Assembly (NCBI GenBank): GCA_965263355.1
Contig: CBDHHL010000022.1
Span: 1 to 60,412, forward strand
Direction: 5' to 3'
Length of the DNA stretch: 60,412 bases
DNA from: Leptolyngbyaceae cyanobacterium
GTDB taxonomy: Bacteria > Cyanobacteriota > Cyanobacteriia > Phormidesmidales > Phormidesmidaceae
Under the pieces are notes generated by a model. That model ran no database searches. It was not told the origin of the DNA and saw only the letters and a list, made by a program, of their open reading frames with translations. The position numbers and the translations under genes were made by a program. Positions 48,681-58,658 of this stretch are shown piece by piece. The first letter of the stretch is position 1. Each line of letters begins with the position of its first letter.

Positions 48681-49796
48681 ATGACGAAAATACGTAATTC
48701 TTCCAGCCCCCTGGAAGAAAGTTCGCGCTACGTGCTTTTAGATGAAGCGACGGTTAACCGCTTAATCGATGCAAAGTTAACCGCTGCTCAGTACCGTACA
48801 GCTCTCTATTTCTCACTGGTAGACCCTTTCGGCAATCGGTTTGTAAATACTGGGGGCCAGATGGCGAGGCAACGACTGGGAATTAGTAAGTCAACGTACT
48901 ATGACGCCTTAGCAGCCCTAGAGCGTGAGGAATTGTTTGAGTTTGAGGATGTATCTCTACGGGTTAGAAGCCGAGTAGGAAGTAAATCCCCCGAAAAATA
49001 CTCTGACAAAAAAATAGTCCGAAAAACTGAACCTAAGTCTGAAATTTCGGAAAGTCGTCTGAAAAATCGAACCCAAGTCCAAGAAATCGGAATACAGTCC
49101 GAAATTTCGGAATCTAAATCGCTGAAATCTTTTGATATCAAGACTTCTGAGTTTCCTCAATATGATCCAATAGATCTCAATCAAGATCAGAATGATCCAT
49201 TAAGAGAGAGAAACATTCAAATTCCAATCTTTGAAATAGAAACAGAGTACAGAGATTGGCTACTTGCTAAAGCCAGCCGATTACCGGAGCCGCCAACACT
49301 CCGGGAACTGTGGCTAGAAAAACAGAGCGTCAATCCTGCCAATTTGCGTGAATACGATGCATGGCGTTCCGTCCAAAAGCAAGTAACTCCCCTGCCGCCG
49401 CCGTCTCCCCCAGAACAGCCGGAACCAGAAGCCGTTGAAATTGCAGATCGCCTAGTCCGCTATCAACACCAGTGGCCCGTAATCGCTATGCGTAAAGGGA
49501 TTCAGCGTTCAATTGCCACCCACCCAGAATGGGGCATCGACATCGGTCCTGACGGACCCCGCTGGCAACCCACTCCCCCAGAACACAGGTCTGAACAACC
49601 ACCTGAGCCAGACCCCGATGCATCGACGGTGCTGCATCGCATTAAGAACGCTATTGCAACCCACAGCCCGATTAGTCCGCAGCTGCAGGCCGATGCTGAC
49701 CGCTGTCATATCGATATCCCGCTACTCCAGGCAGAATGGGAGTTAGCGGCCAGCCCACCGGGCGACGCTGTAGATGATATGCGCCAGGCGGGGTGA
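48681..49796 (+). CDS. Second HTH replication-initiator-like protein with internal iterons
   Basis: KLTAAQYRTALYF..VDPFG.....RLGISKSTYYDALAAL...LF; same architecture as 45866-46948. Confidence 0.72.
   Translation: MTKIRNSSSPLEESSRYVLLDEATVNRLIDAKLTAAQYRTALYFSLVDPFGNRFVNTGGQMARQRLGISKSTYYDALAALEREELFEFEDVSLRVRSRVGSKSPEKYSDKKIVRKTEPKSEISESRLKNRTQVQEIGIQSEISESKSLKSFDIKTSEFPQYDPIDLNQDQNDPLRERNIQIPIFEIETEYRDWLLAKASRLPEPPTLRELWLEKQSVNPANLREYDAWRSVQKQVTPLPPPSPPEQPEPEAVEIADRLVRYQHQWPVIAMRKGIQRSIATHPEWGIDIGPDGPRWQPTPPEHRSEQPPEPDPDASTVLHRIKNAIATHSPISPQLQADADRCHIDIPLLQAEWELAASPPGDAVDDMRQAG
49016..49115. repeat. Five 20-bp iterons
   Basis: GTC(C/T)GAAA(A/T)(A/T)TCG(G/A)A-like units at an exact 20-bp period (49016, 49036, 49056, 49076, 49096). 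Confidence 0.85.
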
Positions 49797-50563
49797 TTGT
49801 TATGCCAATGGATCGAAGTCTCTATCCTGACAATTGGAATGAGTTGGCGTTCGCGATTAAAACTGAGGCTAACTGGCAGTGTCAGGCCTGCGGTCGGCTA
49901 TGTCGCAAGTCGGGGGAAACGTTGGCGGACTTTGCTACTCGCATTGAGGGGCAGAATACTGAGTTTCTAGACTGGGTGAATCAGAGTGCGATCGCAGATA
50001 TCTATCAGCATCCCCAACGATTTACCCTGACGGTGGCCCATTTGGATCATGTACCGCAGAATTGCGATCGCACCAACCTAAAAGCGCTCTGTGCTCCTTG
50101 CCATGGCACCTATGACCTGAAGCAAATGGGCCGTAAGCGTGTGCTCAAAGCAGAACGCCATGGGCAGCTGCGCATCGATGATGTTTTGAACGGTATGCAG
50201 CTGGCGCTATTGTCGGAGGTATCGCCCTATCAGATCGTAAATCCGCGTTCTGGGGGAAAGGTGGCTGTGCGGCGTAAGCCTTGCGCTGCGGTGGAGAGTC
50301 GGCGGCAGCATCGGGAGAAAGGTAATGCGTCTGGCTGGATTGAGGAGCGGATGGGGAACCGGAAGCGGGCGAATCCTAGTGTGAGTTATTACTATCGGTG
50401 GGATAGCCCTAAGGGGCGGGTAAGCGAATATATACGGGCGAGTCAGGTGACGCGGGTGGCAGGGCTGATAGAAGCAAAGCGGCCTGCGTTGGAAATTTTG
50501 AGGGTGGTGGTGGACGGAAAACGAAAAGTTTCAGCGGTTTCGGCTGAATTGCTGGGTCAATAA
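49793..50563 (+). CDS. HNH endonuclease-domain protein with basic C-terminal domain
   Basis: YP.NW, CQACG, LTVAHLDH...NC...NL.ALCAPCH..YD. Confidence 0.85.
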   Translation: MIVMPMDRSLYPDNWNELAFAIKTEANWQCQACGRLCRKSGETLADFATRIEGQNTEFLDWVNQSAIADIYQHPQRFTLTVAHLDHVPQNCDRTNLKALCAPCHGTYDLKQMGRKRVLKAERHGQLRIDDVLNGMQLALLSEVSPYQIVNPRSGGKVAVRRKPCAAVESRRQHREKGNASGWIEERMGNRKRANPSVSYYYRWDSPKGRVSEYIRASQVTRVAGLIEAKRPALEILRVVVDGKRKVSAVSAELLGQ

Positions 50564-50638
50564 AAGCAATGTAAAAATACCTGGAAACCTATCAAGTATC
50601 GTTGATTATCTAGGATGTAGCCCTATTTTCTACGTGAA

Positions 50639-53028
50639 ATGCCCTCTTGGAAGGCTCTGCTATCACCCCTGGTGTTGTCTGTAAGTATTGTGGTGCCAGT
50701 TGCCATCAATTCAAAAGCGCTAGCATCCGATTGTCAATCTCTGGATGTGGTTCGTACTCAGTTGCTTTCTGGGGTAGGTCATCGTCCGTACAATGCCCTG
50801 ATGCGATGTAGCACCCAGGCTGTTCCTACTCTTGTCAGGGCGCTCAAAACAGATGAGAGTTCAGATGTCCGAGGGAGAGCCGCTTCGGCCTTGGTGAGTA
50901 TCGAGGGAGATGCGAGTCAGATTGCTCCGGCCCTAATGGAGGCGCTCAAAACAGATGAGAGTTCATCTGTCCGATGGAGAGCCGCTGAGGCCTTGGGGAG
51001 TATCGAGGGAGATGCGAGTCAGATTGCTCCGGCCCTAATGGAGGCGCTCAAAACAGATGAGAGTTCATGGAGGCGCTCAAAACAGTCCGATGGAGAGCCG
51101 CTTCGGCCAGATGTCCGAGGGAGAGCCGCTGAGGCCTTGGTGAGTATCGAGGGAGATGCGAGTCAGATTGCTCCGGCCCTAATGGAGGCGCTCAAAACAG
51201 ATGCGAGAGAGGCGCTCAAAACAGATGAGAGTTCAGAGGTCCGATTGAGGCCTTGGGGAGTATCGAGGGAGATCCAGATTGCTCCGGCCCTAATGGAGGC
51301 GCTCAAAACAGATGAGAGTTCATCTGTCCGATGGAGAGGCCTTGGGGAGGATCAGCTTCAATGCCCAAAGCTCGCTCAAAAGAATGTCAGATACCGAGTT
51401 AAATCAGATCGTTAACAGCTTAAAAACGGCGGTCACTATTGCTAAGGAAAAAGAAGATATCTCAAGCCAACGGGTTGAAGCGATTCAGGTTCCCCTTCAA
51501 GCCCTGATCCGAGAACAGGAATCCCGTCGCTTTAAACGCATTGCTAAACCCACTGTCTCGCTAGTCGGTACCCATCTCCTTTTCTGGCTTGCTAGTCGGT
51601 ACCCATCTCCTTTTCTGGCTTGCCCTCATCGCCCTTTACCCCAGATACCCCTGGGTTCAGGCGATGTTTTTCTGGAATCCTTGGGTGCGTCGTATTGCTG
51701 GAGCTGGTTACGTGGGTCCTGCCCTGGCGTGGATTCCGTTTCTGCGGGCTAAACTCTTTTCTCCTTTCAAAGCGTCTCTTCTAGCTGATGCTGAATTAGA
51801 AAACTTCTCCCCTGGTGCTTACTTTGCTGCTTCAGAAGTTATGCCCAAGGGCACTGAATCTTCCCAACCCTTGGCCACGGCCATCCCAGACATTCGTGGT
51901 CAAATCATTTTAGAAGGGGCCTCTGGCTTAGGTAAATCCATGGCCCTGCGCCAACGGGTACGTAAGTCTCGCCGCCTTGTGGTGTATCTTCCGGCCCAAA
52001 AGTGTAGCCAGGGGGTGATCGAGGCCATCCAGGCGAAACTCCACGGTCCCGCCCAAGACCCAGACTTCCTTCGTAACCTCATCTACAGCGGTGCCCTAGA
52101 TATCTGCATCGATGGCCTCAACGAAGTCACCGCCGACACCCGCGCCAAAATCACCGGTTTTGTTGAAAGCTACTTCAAGGGCAACATCATCATGGCTACC
52201 CAACCCTTAGAATGGCTGCCCCCATCCACCAGCAAAACCTTTGTGCTGCAGCCCCTTAAACAAAGTCAAATTGCTGAATTTCTCATTAGCCGCCAAGACT
52301 ACTTACCTCCCCAAAACAAAGACCAGGCCCCTTACCCAGATCTATGCAAAGCCTACCTAGAAAGAACCTTTGACCCAGCCCAGCCCGCTGACGAACGCTT
52401 GGCTGTACGTAGCATTCTGTCTAACCCCATGGACCTCACGCTGGTGGCCCAAATGCTGGCCCACGGCCAGGAACCCAATTTGCTCGGCCTGCAACAACAG
52501 CAATACGAAATCATGGCAGAGGACTACCAGAAAGCTCACCTCCATCGATTTCCCCTAGCCGCCTTTTCCGAAGCCGTCTACCAAATGCGCCTTAACGACG
52601 AAGAAACCATTCCCCCCGCCCAATTTCTAGATGAACTGCGCTGCCTGGAACGCTACAAAATGGTCCTCAGCCGTCAGTCCGTTGACCTAGAGGGGAACCC
52701 CACCCAGTCCTGGTTCTTCCGCCACGACAAAATCATGGAATTTTTTATCGTCCAAACTTTCCTCGGCCCAGACAATACCCGTCCCCAGGAGCACATGGGC
52801 GATGCCCGCTTCCGAGGCGTCTACTTCCTGCTGGCCAACCTACTCCCCTTCAACGCCGCCATGCAGCTACGAGAATCCCTCATTCGTTATGCCGCCGATA
52901 GCCAAGACCATAACGTCAGTGATGGCTTCATCAAACTCCTCATCTCCAGAGAAGCCACCACAAAAACGACTGTCCCTCTTCAACAGGACACACAACCCAA
53001 CCAGACACCACCGTCCAACACCCCATAA
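50639..53028 (+). pseudogene. HEAT-repeat, TM and NACHT-like NTPase gene, broken into three ORFs as assembled
   Basis: 31-aa HEAT repeats ALKTDESS.VR.RAA.AL.SI; GASGLGKS Walker A; LDICIDGLNE Walker B; scrambled repeats at 51060-51350 and a 31-bp duplication at 51560-51621. Confidence 0.8.
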
Positions 53029-53315
53029 GTTGCCACAGCAACCATCGCCAGCTATCACCCATCAACCATTTCATCGGGCATTAGCTAGCAGTAAACCCTC
53101 TGTACTAATGCCCTAAATTTTTAATTTCCCCCAGAACAAACCGACAGCATTTTATTTATTTGCTGCAAATTTGTAGTGCCTAACAATGGATATTGTAAAT
53201 CAACTTGTTTCTTTGTTTTTTACAGGATCTTCACCAGAATTCTGGTGGATCACTGAAAACTTTTTTTAAAAACGATTTCCATAATATGGGTGCTGGAAAT
53301 AAAAAAATATTTCGT

Positions 53316-53951
53316 ATGACCGACCAGAATTCTACCGTTGAGCACCAGATTCGCCCGAGTGTCCTGCAGGACCAATTAGGTATTAAAAAGGATGCTTACT
53401 ACACTTATCTAAAGCACTTAGGAATTAAGGCTCAGAAGGATTCAAAGAATAAAGCCTATCTGACTGAAGCTCAAGCAAAATTAATCCGAGAGCTACGTAA
53501 GTATGTGGTTGATGGTGGCAAAATTGAGGACTTCCAAGTACCTGAAAAAATTGTGGAAGAACCTATCAAGAAAGTTGAGGCAGTAGAAGAGGTTTCCCAG
53601 CCTGAGGAGGTTCCCCAGCCGGAAGCCGTTGCATTAGCAGTCGCGGACCCGAGTGAGCTTGGTAGCCTTAATGACCAGCCTGACCCGGAAGCGGAAGCGG
53701 TTGATCCATCTGAGGGGTTGGATATGCAGGTGTTGTATCGTGAGGCATCTGCGATCGCAGCCCAACGGTTAACGACCAGTGAACAGCTAGTGCTGGCGAT
53801 GGCTAGCCAGATGGGATACGAAGACCTACATCCAGAGGCAAAGACCCAGGTAGATCGCCTCCGGAGTGCAGCGGCCCCAAAGTTCAACGCTCAGAAAGTA
53901 GCGGCCAACCTCCTGAGCAAGTGCAAACAGCAGGTCCAAGCCGTAGCGTAG
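53316..53951 (+). CDS. N-terminal HTH protein with acidic linker
   Basis: LQDQLGIKKDAYYTYLKHLGI; start at ATG 53316, next to ACCAGAATTCT repeats. Confidence 0.7.
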   Translation: MTDQNSTVEHQIRPSVLQDQLGIKKDAYYTYLKHLGIKAQKDSKNKAYLTEAQAKLIRELRKYVVDGGKIEDFQVPEKIVEEPIKKVEAVEEVSQPEEVPQPEAVALAVADPSELGSLNDQPDPEAEAVDPSEGLDMQVLYREASAIAAQRLTTSEQLVLAMASQMGYEDLHPEAKTQVDRLRSAAAPKFNAQKVAANLLSKCKQQVQAVA

Positions 53952-54781
53952 ACCCCAATTATCCTGAGGGCTTTAAGCGTGTGTGTGCTGCTATCGATTC
54001 GGGTAGCAGCGTTCTTGTTGTGGCTGAACTAGGGATGCTCGGTACGATGCCCGAGGACTTGGCCAAACATTACGGGGCTGAGTATGCGGTTGCCTTGGCT
54101 ATCTACAAGGGCAGTGGCAAAAAGTTCTTTACGGCAATTGCTGAACAGCTGGATATACCGACATCTGAGGATAAGTACAACAAGGACGGTGAGGTGGTCG
54201 GTGAGAAGCCGATGACCATGGATGCCTTGAAGGATGAAATTGCTGAAAATATTGGTCCCCAGACGTTGTTGATTTTCCCTGAGGCGAAACGGCTAACGAC
54301 GGGGGTGAGGTATTGGGTGGAGGATGCGATCGCAAACGGGGTAAAAGTAGTTTGCTTTGCAGCGGCAAACCCTCAGCGGGATATTTTCCTAGAAATGCTG
54401 GAGGTGGAGTTAGAGCTACCCACTGACCGCGCAATCAGAGAAGTGATGCAGGCTGAGGCGGATCGGCTGGGGTTGAAGTTAGACCGTTCGCGCCTGGCGG
54501 AGCTGCAGCCGCTAGCGGGGCGTAACCCGATGTTGGCTAAGAAGGTGATTAGGAATGAGCGGTTAGGGCTGAACCGGGAAGCAAGTCCCCAACATACTCA
54601 GTACGTGGTGATAATGCCGATTTTGATCGCCTGTCTGATGGCGTTTGGGGTGGTGCGATTTATTGGGATGGGTACGCGGAACAAGAGTCTGTATATCTTT
54701 GGTGGTGTGGCGTTGATAGCGGGGATGACGTTGAAGCAGGTGGGGCAGGTGCGAGGTGCGCGGAAGCGGTTGGGGGGGTGA
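53921..54781 (+). CDS. Degenerate AAA/P-loop-like protein with two C-terminal TM helices
   Basis: SVLVVAELGM (degenerate Walker A position), LAGRNPMLA, C-terminal hydrophobic pair. Confidence 0.55.
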   Translation: MQTAGPSRSVDPNYPEGFKRVCAAIDSGSSVLVVAELGMLGTMPEDLAKHYGAEYAVALAIYKGSGKKFFTAIAEQLDIPTSEDKYNKDGEVVGEKPMTMDALKDEIAENIGPQTLLIFPEAKRLTTGVRYWVEDAIANGVKVVCFAAANPQRDIFLEMLEVELELPTDRAIREVMQAEADRLGLKLDRSRLAELQPLAGRNPMLAKKVIRNERLGLNREASPQHTQYVVIMPILIACLMAFGVVRFIGMGTRNKSLYIFGGVALIAGMTLKQVGQVRGARKRLGG

Positions 54782-54949
54782 ACGTAAGCTGTGAATGAAG
54801 AAGCCTTTTTACAGACGAGAATTGGTCTTAAAAAGACGTGTATTGCTTTATGCTACTTTATGTATTAAAAGTACTCTCATGGGTACCTCCCTAATCTAAA
54901 GGAAAGAATCTAAGTTATAAGTGTTCTTCACTTCTAGGAACTTTCCATC

Positions 54950-55387
54950 ATGGGTGAAAAGTTTGATTCCCGTCGTTTTCTTTCATTTGAACAAGGTGCT
55001 GGCCGTGTACGCAAGGCTCTTGCAGAAGTAGGTATTGAGAGTATTGATCAATCAATTTTTACCTCAAAAGACTCTAAATCATTAGGGTTGGATAGAACTC
55101 TGCAGGTTGATAATATCCCTGGTGGGTTTAAGAAATGGCAATTGCCTGTTGTATTAGATCGGGCTCAAATGTTTATCTCGTCCGCTGCTCCTGGAGCTAA
55201 AGTTCCAGCCCATATTCATAAAGAAGGTGCTGGTGTGAGATTTATTATGAGTGGTTCTATTGTCTATGAAGGCAATGAACTGACAGCTGGTGACTGGATG
55301 TATATTCCTGAGGGAATGCCTTATTCGTTTGAGGTTGGTGAGTTAGGAGCTACGATGTGTTACTGCTACGCATGCTGTTGTGCATAA
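54950..55387 (+). CDS. Cupin-domain protein with Cys-rich C-terminus
   Basis: PGAKVPAHIH..G..RFIMSGS, LTAGDWMYIPEG..YSF; ends MCYCYACCCA. Confidence 0.85.
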   Translation: MGEKFDSRRFLSFEQGAGRVRKALAEVGIESIDQSIFTSKDSKSLGLDRTLQVDNIPGGFKKWQLPVVLDRAQMFISSAAPGAKVPAHIHKEGAGVRFIMSGSIVYEGNELTAGDWMYIPEGMPYSFEVGELGATMCYCYACCCA

Positions 55388-55419
55388 TTTGATAATTATT
55401 CACGAGACCTAGATTGATC

Positions 55420-55450
55420 AAGAGGCGTTGCAATATGTAGCGCCTCTTTG
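55420..55450 (+). terminator. Intrinsic terminator
   Basis: AAGAGGCGTTGCA/TGTAGCGCCTCTT stem followed by T-rich sequence. Confidence 0.7.
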
Positions 55451-55703
55451 CTTTGTATTTATCGTGCAGTATTACTTGCGATCTCAACTTCCCCTATCCC
55501 TGGGCAACTTAGACCTGTCCCACATTGGCAGCGACGATGGAGCCCACGACAATTAAACTCGACTATCCCGAGGGGATGAGCGACGAGGACAAGCAGGCGT
55601 TAGACGATCAGCTCAATGCTTTGTTTGAGCATCGTCCAATATCGACTGGCGCTATGGTTTGGGCCAATGATGGCAATTACCCACGCCGCGATTTCTACCT
55701 CTC

Positions 55704-55970
55704 TCAATCAGCCTGTTTTCTCCACCAGCTAGCCGCGACAGCAAAATCAACTGTATCAGTAATACAAGTAACGCCTGGGCGGGTACCATCCAAATGCTCA
55801 TAGTCCGCAGCGGTGGCGGTAGCAAGTTCTTCAAACTCGGTGGTAGCGACTCGGGCTACTTTGCCATCTCTGAAACGCACCACAATTGTCTGAGTGTCTA
55901 CTTCGTAACGGGCTGATATTAAATCTGAAGGCATTGTTTCAGGGGCTGAGACAATGATGTTATCACTCAT
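55704..55970 (-). CDS. DUF2442-like small protein
   Basis: IVVRFRDG......F..LA.AT..D. Confidence 0.6.
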   Translation of the reverse strand: MSDNIIVSAPETMPSDLISARYEVDTQTIVVRFRDGKVARVATTEFEELATATAADYEHLDGTRPGVTCITDTVDFAVAASWWRKQAD

Positions 55971-56045
55971 GGAGTTATCAGAAAGTCGAAAGGCCTAATC
56001 AGTCGGTATGGTTGAGTTAAGCGTGATTATTGCTAAGAGGATTCT

Positions 56046-56276
56046 ATGCGTAAACAGACGATTGAATATACGTCACCGCTTGACGCCCTGGTTGCAGTTG
56101 CCAAGCGTCTGAGCCTCTATGAGTCGAACCAGGGTATGGAGTCTGAGGAGTTCTTTAACCAGTACCAGCAGGGTCAGCTATCGGATGACATTACCCTGGT
56201 GGAATGGGCCAATGACTACCGTCACTATATAGAGATTCGCAAGACCCTAGAGGCTCAGCTGTATCGTGCGGCATAG
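56046..56276 (+). CDS. TumA-like antitoxin
   Basis: L..YE...GMESEEFF..YQ.G.L.DD....EW; overlaps the next gene. Confidence 0.75.
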   Translation: MRKQTIEYTSPLDALVAVAKRLSLYESNQGMESEEFFNQYQQGQLSDDITLVEWANDYRHYIEIRKTLEAQLYRAA

Positions 56277-56649
56277 GCTGCTGGCGGACTACCTGGACCG
56301 GGTAGAGCAGGCCGTTGCTAGCTGTGAAGGGGCTTACGTTGAGCGCTATGTTGAAGAAATTTTGACGCCAGAGCGGGCTAACCTGCGAATTCGTATTCGC
56401 TTTGAGCGTGGGCATTTGCTGGAGATCAATGAGGCCATCGTCATCTCAGCGGACGAACTGACCTGGCTGGACTATCGATATCACTGTCAAGATCTTCAAA
56501 ATCGGCTGATTTTTCGCTATGACAGTACGCCTCATTTTCCTGATTTGCCAGGGTTTCCCCATCATAAGCATTTACCAGATGTGGTGATGGGCGGTGAGAG
56601 ACCGGACCTGATAGCCGTGCTCGAAGAGGCTAAGACAGCCCTGGGCTAA
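56266..56649 (+). CDS. DUF6516/TumE-like toxin
   Basis: YRYHCQD....LIFRYDSTPHF......PHHKH. Confidence 0.8.
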   Translation: MRHRLLADYLDRVEQAVASCEGAYVERYVEEILTPERANLRIRIRFERGHLLEINEAIVISADELTWLDYRYHCQDLQNRLIFRYDSTPHFPDLPGFPHHKHLPDVVMGGERPDLIAVLEEAKTALG

Positions 56650-56706
56650 TGGATTTGTGCTCCTGTTGGTAAGGGAATTCTGGTCTCAGTATCTGGTTTA
56701 TCTACC

Positions 56707-57735
56707 ATGATGGCGATTACCCACGCTTGCATCGCAACCGCAGGCGCATCCCTCCTCCTCGGCACCGCCCACCCCCTCCCGTTAGCGCTCGCCGTCCTGG
56801 GTAGCCAGCTCCCCGACATCGACACCACCACCAGCATCATCGGCCAGATCCTGTATCCCATCAGCACCTGGCTCGAAGACCGCTTTCCCCACCGCAGCGT
56901 CACCCATTCCCTGCTAGCCACAGCGGTTCTGGGCAGCATCGCCGTAGTCATTGGCATTGTTCTGGGGGACATCAAACCATACCTGGCCTTGCCCCTGGGC
57001 CATGGGTTAGCCTGCTTTAGCGACTGCTTTACCCGTCAGGGTGTGCAGCTATTCTGGCCAGACCCGGCCTGGGCCATTAGTGTGTCAAACCCCAAACGAC
57101 GACTACGAACCGGTGGCCCAGCAGAATATTGGGTGCTGGCGGCGGCGGTGGCGGTGCTGCTGCTGGCGCTGTGGATGGCCGGTGCCGGTGGTCCCCAGGC
57201 GCAGATGTCCCGTGGTTTGGGGTTACGGGAGAGTGCGATCGCAACCTATAACCGCAATGCCGCTACTTCTGAAGTCTATGCAGAGATTAACGGTGTCTGG
57301 GCCGATGACCGCACCGATGCCAGTGGCAGCTACCTGATTCTCGATACCCAGGGCTCTGAATTTATCGTCACCGATGGTCGCAGCCTGTATAAAACTGGCA
57401 CTCATCTGATCATTGAAAGGCTCAACACTAAGGTCGGCAACGCGTTACAGCGCACAACCGCTACCCTGCAGCTGACTGAGCAACCCCTGGTGCCCCAACT
57501 CCAGCAGCTGCAGCTGAGCCATCCGGGTAAGAGCATTTACCTCAGCGGCACCCTGGCGGTGGACTTTCCTGAGGATGTCCAAATTAACGAAAATGCCCGA
57601 CAGCTGCAGACGCTGAGCGTGGGTGACGCATCGATCACCCTGGACTATCACCCCCTTGACCTGGCCATGACACAGCTGGGGGACCAGTGGGCGACGGGAA
57701 CCCTAACGGTGTTGATGATTCAGTTGCGTTGGTGA
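56707..57735 (+). CDS. Membrane metal-dependent hydrolase (YdjM-like) with C-terminal extension
   Basis: TH, GSQLPDIDT, HRSVTHS, DCFTRQGVQLFWP. Confidence 0.85.
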   Translation: MMAITHACIATAGASLLLGTAHPLPLALAVLGSQLPDIDTTTSIIGQILYPISTWLEDRFPHRSVTHSLLATAVLGSIAVVIGIVLGDIKPYLALPLGHGLACFSDCFTRQGVQLFWPDPAWAISVSNPKRRLRTGGPAEYWVLAAAVAVLLLALWMAGAGGPQAQMSRGLGLRESAIATYNRNAATSEVYAEINGVWADDRTDASGSYLILDTQGSEFIVTDGRSLYKTGTHLIIERLNTKVGNALQRTTATLQLTEQPLVPQLQQLQLSHPGKSIYLSGTLAVDFPEDVQINENARQLQTLSVGDASITLDYHPLDLAMTQLGDQWATGTLTVLMIQLRW

Positions 57736-57737
57736 CG

Positions 57738-58658
57738 ATGGATAGGTTTAAGTGGATAGCCTTGAGCGTGGCGACCGCGATGGGGGTTGGGTTTCTCTAT
57801 AGACCGCTACCGTCGGGCGGTCAGCCGCTATCTCAGGTGTCAGCACCGCTGCCGCTGCCGACGACCAGCCATACTAACAACCGTACTGACCCGCGTACGC
57901 TCACCTTTACCCTCACCCTGAGTGACCCGGAGGATCTAAAGGTGCGCCAGGGCGATAGCGTCAGCGTCGGTGACACCCTGGCCGACCGCACCCGGCACCG
58001 GCAGCGATTGCAGGACCAGCACCAACGCACGCAGCTGTCATTAAAACGCATCCAACAACAACAGATTGTTGAACCACCCCTACCGCAGCCGGTGCCACCC
58101 GTCGCTGTGCTGCCATCGGTCAGCTACGCCACTGAGGAAACAGCCATTGAGGAAATTCAGGGTGATATTGACCTGCAAACCCGCAAGATAGATCTGTTGG
58201 GTACCCTGCCACCGGACCAGGTGACACCAGCCCTGAGAGAACATGAAGACCGGGTGCTAGAACGGCTATACCGTGACCTGGAGACCGCCGAAGCTGGCCT
58301 AAAAGAAGCCCAAGAAGCCCGTCGCTATCAAGAATATGAGTACAGTCTGGCCCTGGCCAACCGGGCGGAACGAGAAAATCAACAGCGGTTATCTTATTCA
58401 GAACAGCTGCAGCGGACAGAACAACAAAAACGCGACAAAGTATTTCAAATCGCCCAGTTAGAAGCCCAGCTGCAAAGTCTAGATAACCAACTGTCAGACC
58501 TATCAACCGTAAGGAGTCCCTATAGTGGCACGATTCGCCGGATCAAATGGCTGGGTCAAGAAGACACCCGCCTTACTGTGGAAATTACCCTGGCTGTGGC
58601 TGGTGGCGGGTCTGCTACTGTTTCCCCTGCCGATAATGGCTCAGCCCCTGGTGGATGA
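57738..58658 (+). CDS. HlyD-like membrane-fusion protein
   Basis: N-terminal TM, LKVRQGDSVSVGDTLA half-lipoyl motif, long coiled coil, VRSPYSGTIRRI. Confidence 0.75.
   Translation: MDRFKWIALSVATAMGVGFLYRPLPSGGQPLSQVSAPLPLPTTSHTNNRTDPRTLTFTLTLSDPEDLKVRQGDSVSVGDTLADRTRHRQRLQDQHQRTQLSLKRIQQQQIVEPPLPQPVPPVAVLPSVSYATEETAIEEIQGDIDLQTRKIDLLGTLPPDQVTPALREHEDRVLERLYRDLETAEAGLKEAQEARRYQEYEYSLALANRAERENQQRLSYSEQLQRTEQQKRDKVFQIAQLEAQLQSLDNQLSDLSTVRSPYSGTIRRIKWLGQEDTRLTVEITLAVAGGGSATVSPADNGSAPGG

Noticed and set aside
42576..50563. Intact prophage
   Set aside because: Phage-like regulator, initiator and HNH genes are present but no capsid, terminase, tail or lysis genes occur in the window
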